Below are positions 1-9,910 of a DNA stretch of 64,000 nucleotides, in pieces. The notes beneath the pieces were generated by a model. That model saw only the letters and a list, made by a program, of their open reading frames with translations, had not been told where the DNA came from and made no database searches. Origin of the DNA: an uncultured delta proteobacterium. Its GTDB lineage: Bacteria > Desulfobacterota > Binatia > UBA9968. The translations under genes and the position numbers were made by a program. The stretch lies in contig CAVTUQ010000034.1 in assembly GCA_963737905.1 (NCBI GenBank), positions 32,001 to 96,000 of the forward strand, given 5' to 3'. How positions within the stretch are numbered: position 1 is the first letter of the stretch; every line of letters begins with the position of its first letter.

Positions 1-326
1 CGCCACGCGCAAGGTCGACGGCAACGATCCATGGGACGTTTATCATTCCGCGCGCTGGGCGCGCGCCACCGCCTTGAGCGGCCAGGCGGTTTTTCTCGAT
101 TGCATCACCTTTCGCAGCGGCACCTACAGTTCCCATTTCGGTGAGACCCGTCCAGAAATCGAAAAAGATCTGGCCGAGTGGGAGAAGCGGGACCCGTTAA
201 AGAGAATGGGTGACTGGTTGATCGGCCGTGGCCTGGCATCGGCCGAAGACTTGGGGCGAGTGGGGCGAGAGGAAGCAACAGCGGATCGAAGAAGCCTTCA
301 ACCAGGTTCTCGGAGAGTTGAAATAG
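1..326 (+). CDS. TPP-dependent dehydrogenase E1 alpha subunit, C-terminal part (runs off the window start; apparent frameshift near 275)
   Basis: VDGNDPWDV...FLDCITFR...H...W..RDPL pattern typical of the E1-alpha C-terminus; the shifted frame continues QQRIEEAFNQVLGELK* to TAG at 324-326; followed by E1 beta. Confidence 0.75.
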
Positions 327-401
327 GAAGGCACTTTCATAGCTCAGAAATCGATGCGAATGATGATTATCGTCTTGCCTGCTAAGCGGAAAAGGATTCA
401 G

Positions 402-451
402 AACCCCTACTGAATCTCCCCCTTAGCAAAGGGGGAGAAAAAGAGGGGGGT
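402..451. repeat. REP-like palindrome TCTCCCCCTTAGCAAAGGGGGAGA
   Basis: Near-perfect hairpin at 415-438; related CCCC..TT....AAAGGGGG motif at 18090-18137. Confidence 0.6.
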
Positions 452-536
452 GTGGTCGGAAGGACGTGATGATTTAACGGACGTGTAAAGGAGTGGACCT
501 AGTTTAGACGGGTAGGCAGAAAAAAGGAGGGAGAAC

Positions 537-1487
537 ATGGCGACGGTGACTTATCGAGACGCGGTCGGGAGAGCGCTTCAGGATTCATTGCGCGAGGATC
601 CGCGTTTAATCCTTATCGGCCAAAATATTGCCGGCTATACGTTGAAACAAATGGCTGAAGAATTCGGCGAAAGCCGCATCCGCGATACCAGCATCAGCGA
701 AAGCGCCATGGTGGGAATGGCGGTGGGCACGGCGATGAAAGGATGGAAGGCCGTAGTCATGATCGCCTATGCGGATATTTCGTCGGTCTGTCACAAGGCC
801 ATCGTGCAGAGCGCCGCCAAGATGCACTACCTCACCTGCGGGCGTTTGCAATGTCCCATCGTGATCCGTCTCCCCATCGCTCGTTTCCGCGGGCACGGTC
901 CCATGGGAAACGAAGTTGCCGTGTCATGGTTCTATAACGTTCCGGATCTCAATATCGCGATGCCCGGATCGGCCGATGAAGCTTACTGGTGTTTTCGCGA
1001 CGCCTTGCAGCGCCCGACGCCCACATTGTTTTTTGAGGATCGGTCGATCCACAACCGTTCGGGTGAAATCGCTGCGAACAATCCTGGCGCCAAAGCGCGC
1101 GTAACACGCTCGGGCGATGCCTTGACGATCATCGCCGCGGGGCGAACCGCGGCTCTTGCCGAAGATACGGCTGGTCATTTGGCTAAAGAGGGGAATCGCG
1201 GAGTGGTCGAAGTGGTCAGTCTAGGTTTCATCAAGCCGCTGGACAGGGAGACCATTTTGAAAGCAGTACGCAAGACGGGAAGAGTGCTTATCGTGCAAGA
1301 CGAACCGCCCTGGTCGGGGTATGCGCCTTACGTGCGTTGTTTGCTCGATGAGCTTCCATCAGGCGCCCTTGCGGTTGCGCCCCGTATCATTTCCGGTGCC
1401 GACGAATTTCTTCCCTATTGGGACGAGCGTCCGTTTCTACCCTCAATGGAAGATCTCGTTGCCGCCGCCGAGGAGCTGATGAGATAA
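537..1487 (+). CDS. 2-oxoacid/acetoin dehydrogenase E1 beta-like subunit (transketolase family)
   Basis: FGESRIRDTSISESAMVGMAVG, PTLFFE, PLDRETILKAVRKTGRVLIV motifs; RBS AGGAGG. Confidence 0.85.
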   Translation: MATVTYRDAVGRALQDSLREDPRLILIGQNIAGYTLKQMAEEFGESRIRDTSISESAMVGMAVGTAMKGWKAVVMIAYADISSVCHKAIVQSAAKMHYLTCGRLQCPIVIRLPIARFRGHGPMGNEVAVSWFYNVPDLNIAMPGSADEAYWCFRDALQRPTPTLFFEDRSIHNRSGEIAANNPGAKARVTRSGDALTIIAAGRTAALAEDTAGHLAKEGNRGVVEVVSLGFIKPLDRETILKAVRKTGRVLIVQDEPPWSGYAPYVRCLLDELPSGALAVAPRIISGADEFLPYWDERPFLPSMEDLVAAAEELMR

Positions 1488-1628
1488 TCAATCGGAGACG
1501 ACCTGGCGTTGCTGTGGGACGCGCTGTATGCTCTGTGAGTTTTTGAACGAATAAACGAAGTATGAAGCGGTTGACAACCTGGGGTCGATGAAGCTAAACG
1601 CAAGGCTATATTTTGCAGAGGAGATCTT

Positions 1629-2366
1629 ATGAAATCACACCGTGAACAGATCAGAGTGGATAATAGTTCTATGAACCTTTATATCAGCCAACCGGATGGC
1701 AGTGGCCTTGTGCCGGCCGTGGTGCTCATCCAACACCAGAACGGCGTGGACAAATTCATGGAGGAGATGACTGACCGAGTCGCGGCGGCTGGATATTTCG
1801 GCGTAACGCCGGACCTCTATCACCGCGATGGCGCGGAGTGCACAGATCCAGGGCCGACGCGGCGCACCAGGCTCCGGGACATGAACATCATTAACGACGT
1901 AAACGCGACAGTAGACTTTCTCAAGAGTCAAAAGCTCGTCAACCGAGGCAGAGTGGGAATCGTCGGCTTTTGCTTGGGAGGCCGGGTGGCCTACCTGATG
2001 GCAGCGGCGAGCCCGAGCTTTAGCGCCGCGGTCACTTATTATGGCGGCGGTATCTTCAGGTCGGGAGGCGACGGCCCGACGCCCTTTGAAAGGACCACTG
2101 AGATCAGCTGCCCGATCCAGGGCCACTTCGGTGAATTGGACAAGAATCCATCTCTAGATGACATGCGCAAGCTCGACGCCGAACTGACAAAGCACGGAAA
2201 AGCGCATGAGTTTTTCAGCTACCCCGGCGCTGATCACGCATTCATGGACCCACATCACGTTGGTCGATACAATGCAGAGGCGGACCAGTTGTCGTGGCCG
2301 CGAACTTTGGATTTTTTCCGGAAGCATCTACTCGAAGCGACTCCCGTGCGCGCCGTCGCATCGTGA
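1629..2366 (+). CDS. Dienelactone hydrolase family protein
   Basis: GFCLGG nucleophile motif, YYGG, YPGADHAF. Confidence 0.9.
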   Translation: MKSHREQIRVDNSSMNLYISQPDGSGLVPAVVLIQHQNGVDKFMEEMTDRVAAAGYFGVTPDLYHRDGAECTDPGPTRRTRLRDMNIINDVNATVDFLKSQKLVNRGRVGIVGFCLGGRVAYLMAAASPSFSAAVTYYGGGIFRSGGDGPTPFERTTEISCPIQGHFGELDKNPSLDDMRKLDAELTKHGKAHEFFSYPGADHAFMDPHHVGRYNAEADQLSWPRTLDFFRKHLLEATPVRAVAS

Positions 2367-2387
2367 AAATTCCTGGAGCGAATCCTT

Positions 2388-4280
2388 ATGGCAAATGCAT
2401 CTGATATCTTTCCAGTCCAACGCCGGACAAAACTTCCCGGCGGCTACATGGGCAAGATCCTGCGCGTCGATCTGACGACAGGATCGCTGAAAGACGAGAA
2501 TTTGCCCGAAGAGCCGCTGCTGAGAAAGTTTATCGGGGGACAGGCGCTCGCCGAATATATTTTGCTCAGGGAACTGCCCATCGAGGCGAAACCCTACGGG
2601 CCTGAAAGCAAAGTCATCATGATGACCGGGCCGCTCACAGGAACGGGTTTGACGCCTGGAGGAACCAAGGTAACGGCTGTTTTTTTGAGCCCCATGACGA
2701 ATTACTCGCTGGGGCGTGGCGCCGCCAGCGGTTTCTGGGCGGCCTATCTCAAGTCGGCCGGATACGACGGCATTATCATCGAAGGCGCTTCCAGCAAACC
2801 GACTTATCTATTCGTCAACGATGGCAAGCCGGAGTTGCGCGACGCCGGCCGATTTTGGGGGAAAGGCTCGCGACAGACTGAAGATATGTTACGGGCGGCC
2901 GTCGGGATCAAAGATGCCAGGGTGATGGGCATCGGCCCGGCAGGGGAGCATCTAGTGCACGCGGCGATGCTCTGCAACGATTACAATCACTCCGCATCGC
3001 ACAGCGGTGGCGCAATCTTCGGGTCGAAGAAGCTCAAAGCGATTGTCGTCTACGGCACCCAGCGGCCGCCGCTCCATGACAAGGCGGCTTTGATTGAAGC
3101 CGGACTTAGGTGGCGCAAGACACTGCAGGTTTATTCCGTGCAGGACCGGACCGGTGTGGGACACGCCCGGCACCTCGACGCGCTGCCCAACAACAACATG
3201 CAAAGCTCGCTCATCGCCGATCACAACCGCGGTTTCGATCAGAATCGGATTGTTCAGCGACCCTGTTTTCAATGTGCTCGCCTCTGTCCCTGGGATGTCG
3301 AGATCGGCGAGGGGCAATTCAAGGGGCACGTCGGCCACTTCAATGCGGGCGCGGAATGGCTCGATACCTTCTGGAACCTGGGTATCAAAGGTAACGACAC
3401 CCTTTATCTCGCGGAGCGGATCAATGATCTCGGCATCGAATGTGGTCACTTCTCCTTCGGCGCCGGAGTTCTCTTCGAGGCCTGGGAGAAGGGGCTCATT
3501 GGACCGCAGGATACCGACGGGATGCGTTTTGAGTGGGGGAATTTGGAAGTGATCGACCGGTTGCTCGAGATGACCGCCCGGCGAGAGGGAAAGTGGGGCA
3601 ATCTCATAGCCGATGGACCGCTCGAGGTAGCCGAGGCCATCGGCGGCGATGCTCTCAAGATGGTGGTCCACACCAAGAGAGGGGTTCCCGCCATGCATGA
3701 TTGGCGGCCGCATTTCAGTAACATGCTGCGCGAGGTTGTCGCTAGCGGCGGCATGAAGCCGCAAGGCGGAGGAACGGCGAACCCACCGCCGGATCTCAAA
3801 TACAGAGAGAAATGGGGACCCCTGGATCGAGACAAGCCCGATGGTTGGCCCCAGTCCAACGTGGTGGCCGAGCAGTACCGCCAGTTTGTCGGCCTCATGG
3901 GCGGTTGCTGGTTCGCGCAGATGCATCTCAAGCCCGACGGGCTCAACAGCGTCATAGACTCTTTCAATGCAACGACCGGTTGGAATTTTACGCTCGATGA
4001 AGCGATGCTTGCCGGTCATCGCAGCGCAATCTTGCAAAGTATCTTCGGCACGCAACGAGGCTGGGTTGCCGACCATGACTGGCAGCAGGTGGGACCGAGA
4101 TTTCTCGATCCTGTGCCGGACGGAAAGTTTCAAGGGTTTACCATAGCCAAGTGGCTGCCCGAGATGGTTCAGGAGTACTACCGTCTATCGGGACGGCACG
4201 AGAAGACCGGCAGGCCGTTCATGGATACGCTCAACAAGCTCGGTCTGGAAGAGTTCAAAGATTGGGCACAGCTGGACTGA
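2388..4280 (+). CDS. Aldehyde:ferredoxin oxidoreductase family (W/Mo) protein
   Basis: GYMGKILRVDLT, LKSAGYDGIIIEG, IGPAGE, GSKKLKAIVV, CxxCxxxC (CFQCARLC), C-terminal EYY..G....G.P. Confidence 0.9.
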   Translation: MANASDIFPVQRRTKLPGGYMGKILRVDLTTGSLKDENLPEEPLLRKFIGGQALAEYILLRELPIEAKPYGPESKVIMMTGPLTGTGLTPGGTKVTAVFLSPMTNYSLGRGAASGFWAAYLKSAGYDGIIIEGASSKPTYLFVNDGKPELRDAGRFWGKGSRQTEDMLRAAVGIKDARVMGIGPAGEHLVHAAMLCNDYNHSASHSGGAIFGSKKLKAIVVYGTQRPPLHDKAALIEAGLRWRKTLQVYSVQDRTGVGHARHLDALPNNNMQSSLIADHNRGFDQNRIVQRPCFQCARLCPWDVEIGEGQFKGHVGHFNAGAEWLDTFWNLGIKGNDTLYLAERINDLGIECGHFSFGAGVLFEAWEKGLIGPQDTDGMRFEWGNLEVIDRLLEMTARREGKWGNLIADGPLEVAEAIGGDALKMVVHTKRGVPAMHDWRPHFSNMLREVVASGGMKPQGGGTANPPPDLKYREKWGPLDRDKPDGWPQSNVVAEQYRQFVGLMGGCWFAQMHLKPDGLNSVIDSFNATTGWNFTLDEAMLAGHRSAILQSIFGTQRGWVADHDWQQVGPRFLDPVPDGKFQGFTIAKWLPEMVQEYYRLSGRHEKTGRPFMDTLNKLGLEEFKDWAQLD

Positions 4281-4304
4281 ACGTTGCTATGCGGACTGTG
4301 CTAA

Positions 4305-4530
4305 CCCGAACATTCATGCTCCGAGGAAAAGCCACGACACAGTGTCGATCAAGGGATGAGCTTGGAGGAGCGAAGGCACCGAGACGAACAGCTCAATGAC
4401 GTTTATGATGCTTGGCTGTGCGCTCGAATTTTTCCAGGTATCCGCTTCAGAACTCATGTTTGCAGGCCGCCCCAAGGTAGAGGCCCATTGCCTTCGATCC
4501 GGAGGGCTCGTCCCTTGATCGGCGTTTGCC
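4305..4530. mobile_element. Structured ~230-bp element, copy 1 (homologous to 31266-31508; right end not evident)
   Basis: Shares GTTTGCAGGCC..CAAGGTAGAG.CCCATTGCC and other blocks with 31266-31508; stems CGATCAAGGGATGAGC/GCTCGTCCCTTGATCG and CGAAGGCA/TGCCTTCG. Confidence 0.6.
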
Positions 4531-4533
4531 AGT

Positions 4534-5601
4534 TCACGCAGCCGGCGTCTGGAAGTGCGGCATTACATGGGCGGCAAAGAGTTCCAGGGTCCTGAATGCT
4601 TCGCGGTCCTTGATGCCGCCAAAATTGATCTGCATAGAGGGCTCATGCTCTCCGATCAGATCGCGGTTGAATTGCACCTGCTCGATCACCTCTGCAGGCG
4701 TTCCGACCAGCGCGGTGTGACTCTCGATCATCTTCTCCGCGGTAAGCGAGCTGATAGCGTCCACCAGCTTACTATAGCCGGCGTATTGGTTTGATTGCTG
4801 GCCCGCCCACGAGGACACCGCTTCGGCGAAGACCTCGATGTAACGCTCCACCGGGCGCTTGAACCCCTCGATCGCCTCCTGATGAGTCTCGGCGACATAG
4901 CAATGGAGTGAGGACTGAATCTGCTCGGCACCCGGGGGATGACCGGCCTCTCGCCAGGCGTCGCGGTAGCTCTGCACCAAGTCGCGGACGAGATCGAGGT
5001 TGCTGGCGAAAGGAACGATCATGATGTGATAGCCATGCCGGCCCGCCCAGATGAACGATTCCTTCGTCGCGACTGCTGCGATCCAGATCGGCGGATGAGG
5101 TTTCTGCACCGGACGGGGCATGAGCCGGACGTCCTGAAAACTCTGAAATTTTCCCTCGTAGGAAACCCGCTCCTCGGTCCAGAGACGGGTAATGATATCA
5201 ATTCCCTCTTCGAAGCGCGGTCGGCTCTCGTCCATGCTTACCCTAAAGACATCGAACTCCTTCGGGATGAAAGCGCGTCCAAAGCCCGCGTCGAGCCGCC
5301 CGTTGCTGATATTATCGAGCATCGCGAGTTCGCCGGCGAGTTTGATGGGATTGTTGAAGGCGGGTATCACCGCGCCGGTGATCAACCGGATGCGTCGGGT
5401 GCGGGCCGCGATGGCTGACAAGAGGACGATAGGATTCGGACTGTGACCGCCATAGTCGTGAAAGTAGTGCTCCACTGTTTTGATCGAGCCGTAGCCCAGC
5501 TCATCAGCGCGTTCCGACAGCCGAAGTCCCAGCGCGTAGTACTCCGCCGTGGACATGTCCTGCAAGCGAAACGACGGGAAGAAATTAAGACCGAAGCGCA
5601 T
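4534..5601 (-). CDS. LLM-class (luciferase-like) flavin-dependent oxidoreductase
   Basis: ADELGY...EHYF, LAMLDNISNGRLDAGFGR, PRPVQKPHPPIW. Confidence 0.9.
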   Translation of the reverse strand: MRFGLNFFPSFRLQDMSTAEYYALGLRLSERADELGYGSIKTVEHYFHDYGGHSPNPIVLLSAIAARTRRIRLITGAVIPAFNNPIKLAGELAMLDNISNGRLDAGFGRAFIPKEFDVFRVSMDESRPRFEEGIDIITRLWTEERVSYEGKFQSFQDVRLMPRPVQKPHPPIWIAAVATKESFIWAGRHGYHIMIVPFASNLDLVRDLVQSYRDAWREAGHPPGAEQIQSSLHCYVAETHQEAIEGFKRPVERYIEVFAEAVSSWAGQQSNQYAGYSKLVDAISSLTAEKMIESHTALVGTPAEVIEQVQFNRDLIGEHEPSMQINFGGIKDREAFRTLELFAAHVMPHFQTPAA

Positions 5602-5628
5602 CACGTTCTCTTTACGGGTCTCGCAACC

Positions 5629-6663
5629 TCAACGGCTAGGATTCGATCCTTTTCCGTAGAGCTCCGCCAGGAACCCGCTCTTCTCGATCTCCCGCAAAAA
5701 ACTCAAGTCCATGAAATCCGCCGGCTTGAGGGTCTTGGCTTTCGGATCGGTTTCGCGGTCCAGCTCTCCTTGAATGGACTCGTCTGTAGGAATCGGCAAA
5801 GCATCGGTGATATCGCGCTGGTAATCATAGAGGAAAGCGACCTGGTCGGCGGTGGCGCCGCGAAAGTACTTCTGAAGAGCCCGCAGCGAGCCTTCGCGAT
5901 TGGTCTTAAAGTAATGAACGCCTTCGACATAGGCTCGCAGGAACCTCATGACTCCCTCCCGGTCACGACTGATATGACGCTGCGTTGCACTCAGCGCGGC
6001 GCCCGACCCTGGCAATTTAAGGTCCTTGGCGCTACCCCCCGGGAGCGGTTTGGCTCGACCTTGGTGGATCAGGAGCAGCCCCGACTCGCCGGTGACTCCG
6101 GCGTCGATCTTCCCAGCCATCAGAGCGGATCCTACCTGAGGAATGCCGCCCATCTGTAGGATATTAACGTCGGCGTCCGGCTTAAGTCCGGTCCTCTTCA
6201 ACGCGTCTCTAAGGAAGGTATCCCCTTGCGAGCCATACTGCGTAACGCCTACAGTCTTGCCTTTCAAGTCTTGCAGGCGTTGGAGGGCAGAGTCAGGACG
6301 AAGCAAGATCTGCTGGCTGGAATAATTCTGCGTGGTTGCCAAAATAATCGGATCAGCCCCGCGCATGCGCGCGCGCAAAACCGATGAGGTTCCGCCAATC
6401 GCATAGTCAATGTCTCCTGCGAGGAGCGTTTGAATGATTCGGGGGCTTCCGGTTAACAGAATCACTTCGGCGTCGATGCCACGCTTGGCAAAAAGCCCGG
6501 ATTCCTTCGTAATCCACGGTATAGCTTGAGTAATGCCGGGGGCCACATAGGCCACGAGGATTTTCCGCCGCTGCTGCGCTGACGTTAGGTCGTAATTGAA
6601 AGTAAGAAATCCGAGGCCTGCGATTATGGCCACGAAGAGACAAGACAACTTGATGCGTTTCAT
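5629..6663 (-). CDS. ABC transporter substrate-binding protein (SsuA/NMT1-like)
   Basis: Signal peptide; GLFAKRGIDAEV, DLKGKTVGVTQYGS. Confidence 0.85.
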   Translation of the reverse strand: MKRIKLSCLFVAIIAGLGFLTFNYDLTSAQQRRKILVAYVAPGITQAIPWITKESGLFAKRGIDAEVILLTGSPRIIQTLLAGDIDYAIGGTSSVLRARMRGADPIILATTQNYSSQQILLRPDSALQRLQDLKGKTVGVTQYGSQGDTFLRDALKRTGLKPDADVNILQMGGIPQVGSALMAGKIDAGVTGESGLLLIHQGRAKPLPGGSAKDLKLPGSGAALSATQRHISRDREGVMRFLRAYVEGVHYFKTNREGSLRALQKYFRGATADQVAFLYDYQRDITDALPIPTDESIQGELDRETDPKAKTLKPADFMDLSFLREIEKSGFLAELYGKGSNPSR

Positions 6664-6747
6664 TTCTGCTACCTCAAGGGGTTTTTGCGTTCAACCCGAG
6701 ACCGAAACCTTAAACCTAAACGCGAAGGCGAATATGCGCCTTCGGCC

Positions 6748-8232
6748 TCACTGCCCCCTTATATATTTGGCGGCGTCCGTGCCGGCTGTGTGACCGGTGA
6801 TCGAGCCTCGCATCAGTCCGGAGCCGCTCGGGTAGTTATGATAGAAAAAGCCGCCGGTCAGTTCTCCCGCCGCCCAGAGGCCAGGGATCGGTGTTTCATC
6901 GCTCGACAGCACCCGGCATTGCGGATCGATCCGCAGTCCCCCGTACGTGAAGGTGATGCCGCATGCCACGGCGTAAGCGTGAAAGGGAGGAGAATCAAGC
7001 GGGTTCGCCCAGTTGGATTTCGGCGGATGGATACCGGTGGTTGCTTTTCCGTCTTTCTTTGAAAAATCGAACTCAGCGGAGTTAACCGACCGATTGAATT
7101 CTTCGAAGGTGCGGCGCAGCCGATAGGTGTCGATGCCGAGGTCGGCGGCCAGTTGCTCAACCGAATTCGCGACAACCGGCCGGCTTTGTAAATATTGGCT
7201 GCGCAGGAGCGGCACCGTTTTCTGATCGAAAATCTGGTAGGCGATTTGTCCCGGCTGGGCGAGGATGGTTCTGCCTGTCTTGGCGTAGGTATAAACCTGG
7301 AAGTCTTCGCCCTCATCGACGAATCGCTCTCCCTGGGTGTTGACCATGATACCGTAAGGATAAGAGTAGCGCGTGCTCTCATCGGTAGCGGCTTCGACGT
7401 TGGCGCCGTCAGCATCGATGACAGAAGCGTGACAGCCGCTCCAGTGACCGAAGGGGAGCGCACCAACATCCAAAGCCATACGGATGCCGTCGCCGGTGTT
7501 GTAGCGAGTGCCCCGCACCTTGACGAGATCCCAGTTCTGTCCCAGATAACGGGCCCGCATTTCCGGATTCGCTTCAAAGCCGCCGCAGGCCAGAATCACG
7601 GCGTTGGTCATAATCTTTTGCCTTCCGGCCGGCGATGCGATCAATACGCCCTCGATGGCGCCGCTCTGATCCACCAGCAACTCCAGGGCGCGTGCGGAAT
7701 AGATTACCTCGAGACCGCGCTTTTCCACGGTGGCAAAATGCATTTCCATCAGTCCCTTGCCGCCCTCGCGCGCGGCGACGGGAATGGTTCCGGTGCGCCA
7801 CACCAGTTTCCCTTTGACTCTCGCGCAATGGCTCATGTGCAATTCCCAGATTACGCCGTGCTGTGCCATCCATGTGACGACGTCTTGAGATCTTTCCACG
7901 AGCAACTCTGTCAGGATAGGATCGGCCAAGCCCTCCGTAACCCGCATCAGGTCGCCATAGAAGCGATCCTTCGGATAGGGTTCTACCTCGACGTTTTTGA
8001 ATTCCGTGCCGGCGGTCTCCTTGACAATACTTTTGATTTGCTCGAAGTCGGGAAACGCAAAGCGGAAGAGACCTCCGGAAAAAGCGGAATTACCGCCGCG
8101 CCGTTCCTTCGGTGCACGCTCCAAGAGCACAACCTTGGCTCCTAGATCATGGGCAGCAAGAGCTGCCACTGAAGCTGCATTGCCGGCGCCAATCACGACC
8201 ACGTCCGTTTGCAGCGCCCTTGTAGCTTCCAT
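6748..8232 (-). CDS. tcuA: FAD-dependent tricarballylate dehydrogenase TcuA-like protein
   Basis: GAGNAA, RGGNSAFSGG, ACGGFEANPEMRARYLG..WDLVKVRGTRYNTGDG, GELTGGFFYHNYPSGSGL. Confidence 0.75.
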   Translation of the reverse strand: MEATRALQTDVVVIGAGNAASVAALAAHDLGAKVVLLERAPKERRGGNSAFSGGLFRFAFPDFEQIKSIVKETAGTEFKNVEVEPYPKDRFYGDLMRVTEGLADPILTELLVERSQDVVTWMAQHGVIWELHMSHCARVKGKLVWRTGTIPVAAREGGKGLMEMHFATVEKRGLEVIYSARALELLVDQSGAIEGVLIASPAGRQKIMTNAVILACGGFEANPEMRARYLGQNWDLVKVRGTRYNTGDGIRMALDVGALPFGHWSGCHASVIDADGANVEAATDESTRYSYPYGIMVNTQGERFVDEGEDFQVYTYAKTGRTILAQPGQIAYQIFDQKTVPLLRSQYLQSRPVVANSVEQLAADLGIDTYRLRRTFEEFNRSVNSAEFDFSKKDGKATTGIHPPKSNWANPLDSPPFHAYAVACGITFTYGGLRIDPQCRVLSSDETPIPGLWAAGELTGGFFYHNYPSGSGLMRGSITGHTAGTDAAKYIRGQ

Positions 8233-8557
8233 TCGCGATTCTCCTTTGTGTTGTGAGCTTAAAAAACTTCCCTCTGCCGCGCTCAGTTATTGCTTGAGCA
8301 TCTTGGTCAGCTCAGCCCTAAACTCGAGAATCCTCGGAAACGGTGAGCCCGAGACCCAGCTGAACGAGTTGAGAGCAAAATAGGGCAGGGTGCGCAGGCG
8401 CGTCAAGTGGAAAAAGGGAAGATTTGGCCGTTCTGTTTCCGCAAAAACCTGATCCACCGCTCAGGAAAGATCGGCCAGCTTGCCTCTTGTCAGGCAGGCT
8501 CGAAGATTTCGTAGGATGCCATTCGCCGAGAGTAGATCGTAAGGAGGAAGAAAAACC

Positions 8558-8925
8558 ATGGCGCGCATCAGGCATCTTGCCATTCTCACAGAAGACGTGG
8601 AGAAACTGGTCAAGTTTTACACCTCAGCCTTCGGTTTAAAATCGTGAAGGGAATAGGTACCGCGACCTATCTGTCCGATGGGCATATCAACCTGGCAATC
8701 ATACCCATCGAGCCGGAGCGCAAGATTGAAGGTCCGCAATTGAAGCCCGGGTTATACCATTTCGGTTTCGAAGTCGAGGATGTCGCCGGCCTGCGGGAGG
8801 CATGTAAAGAACTCAACGCCACGACTGGCATCGACAAAAGACCGCCAAACCGTGAAGCCGAATACCGGGTTCACGATCCCGACGGCAATCCCATCGATCT
8901 CTCGCAACACGGTTGGCCGATTTAA
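8558..8925 (+). CDS. VOC/glyoxalase family protein (frameshift in A-run near 8638)
   Basis: RBS AAGGAGG, MARIRHLAILTEDVEKLVKFY joins YLSDGHINLA...YHFGFEV...DPDGNPIDLS. Confidence 0.8.
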
Positions 8926-9139
8926 CTTTTAACCTCAATCCGACATTCTTTTAGTATTGACAATCGTACAGAGACGCGCGCGGCGGGACCGGAGACGATA
9001 AAGAGAATGATGAGCCCTTCATCCCCCGCAAGGGGGTAACAATTGTCGATCCTTCAACTTGACACCTTGCGGATGCCTTGGTACGGTTCGCCGCGTTGGA
9101 CTCGTGAGCGGCATGCCAGACTTACAGTGACGTCTACCT

Positions 9140-9910
9140 ATGGCTGATGGCACTAAGATCGTCGTTGATCACGCCAGTAAGCTTTTCCTCGAAGGAACAG
9201 TCGTCGCCTTTCGCAACGTTGAGCTGAATGTAAGAAGCAACGAGGTTCTCTGCATCGTCGGTCCGTCAGGCTGCGGTAAGACAACCTTGCTCCGCTGCAT
9301 CGGCGGATTGCTAGCGCCGAGCTCCGGACAAGTCCTGATCGACGGCCGGATCGTAAGTTCTCCCTGTCCGGGAGTCGCGATCGTCTTTCAACATTTCGGC
9401 TTATTACCGTGGAAAACGGTGGTGGGCAACGTCGCCTTTGGGCTCAAGATCGCCGGCGCGCCTCAAGGGCTCATCACCGAGCGCCTTGAGCACTACATCC
9501 GTCTGGTCGGGCTCGCCGGCTTCGAAAGCCATTATCCCTACCAACTCAGCGGTGGCATGCAGCAACGCGTCGGTCTAGCGCGCGCCCTCGCGATCGATCC
9601 CGAGGTACTCTTAATGGATGAGCCGTTCGCTTCGGTGGATGCGCAAACACGAGAGGTGTTGCAGGAAGAGCTGCTTCAACTCCATGAGCGCGAGCGCAAG
9701 ACGATGATTTTTATTACCCATTCGATCGACGAAGCGATTATTCTAGGTGACCGGGTGGCGGTCATGGCGGCTCGCCCCGGCCGGGTCAAAGAAGTATTAC
9801 GAGTAGATTTTCGCCGGCCGCGCGATCCTGCCGCGGTGCGGGCTGAATCTCGCTATACCGAGCTACGAAACCATATTTGGGAAGAGCTGCGGCCGTCGGT
9901 GGTCATGTGA
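9140..9910 (+). CDS. ABC transporter ATP-binding protein (SsuB/TauB-like)
   Basis: GPSGCGKT, LSGGMQQR, LLMDEPF. Confidence 0.95.
   Translation: MADGTKIVVDHASKLFLEGTVVAFRNVELNVRSNEVLCIVGPSGCGKTTLLRCIGGLLAPSSGQVLIDGRIVSSPCPGVAIVFQHFGLLPWKTVVGNVAFGLKIAGAPQGLITERLEHYIRLVGLAGFESHYPYQLSGGMQQRVGLARALAIDPEVLLMDEPFASVDAQTREVLQEELLQLHERERKTMIFITHSIDEAIILGDRVAVMAARPGRVKEVLRVDFRRPRDPAAVRAESRYTELRNHIWEELRPSVVM

Noticed and set aside
2952-8145. Long antisense ORFs such as 2952-4133 and 7195-8145
   Set aside because: Shadow frames of well-supported genes in GC-rich DNA, with no family motifs.
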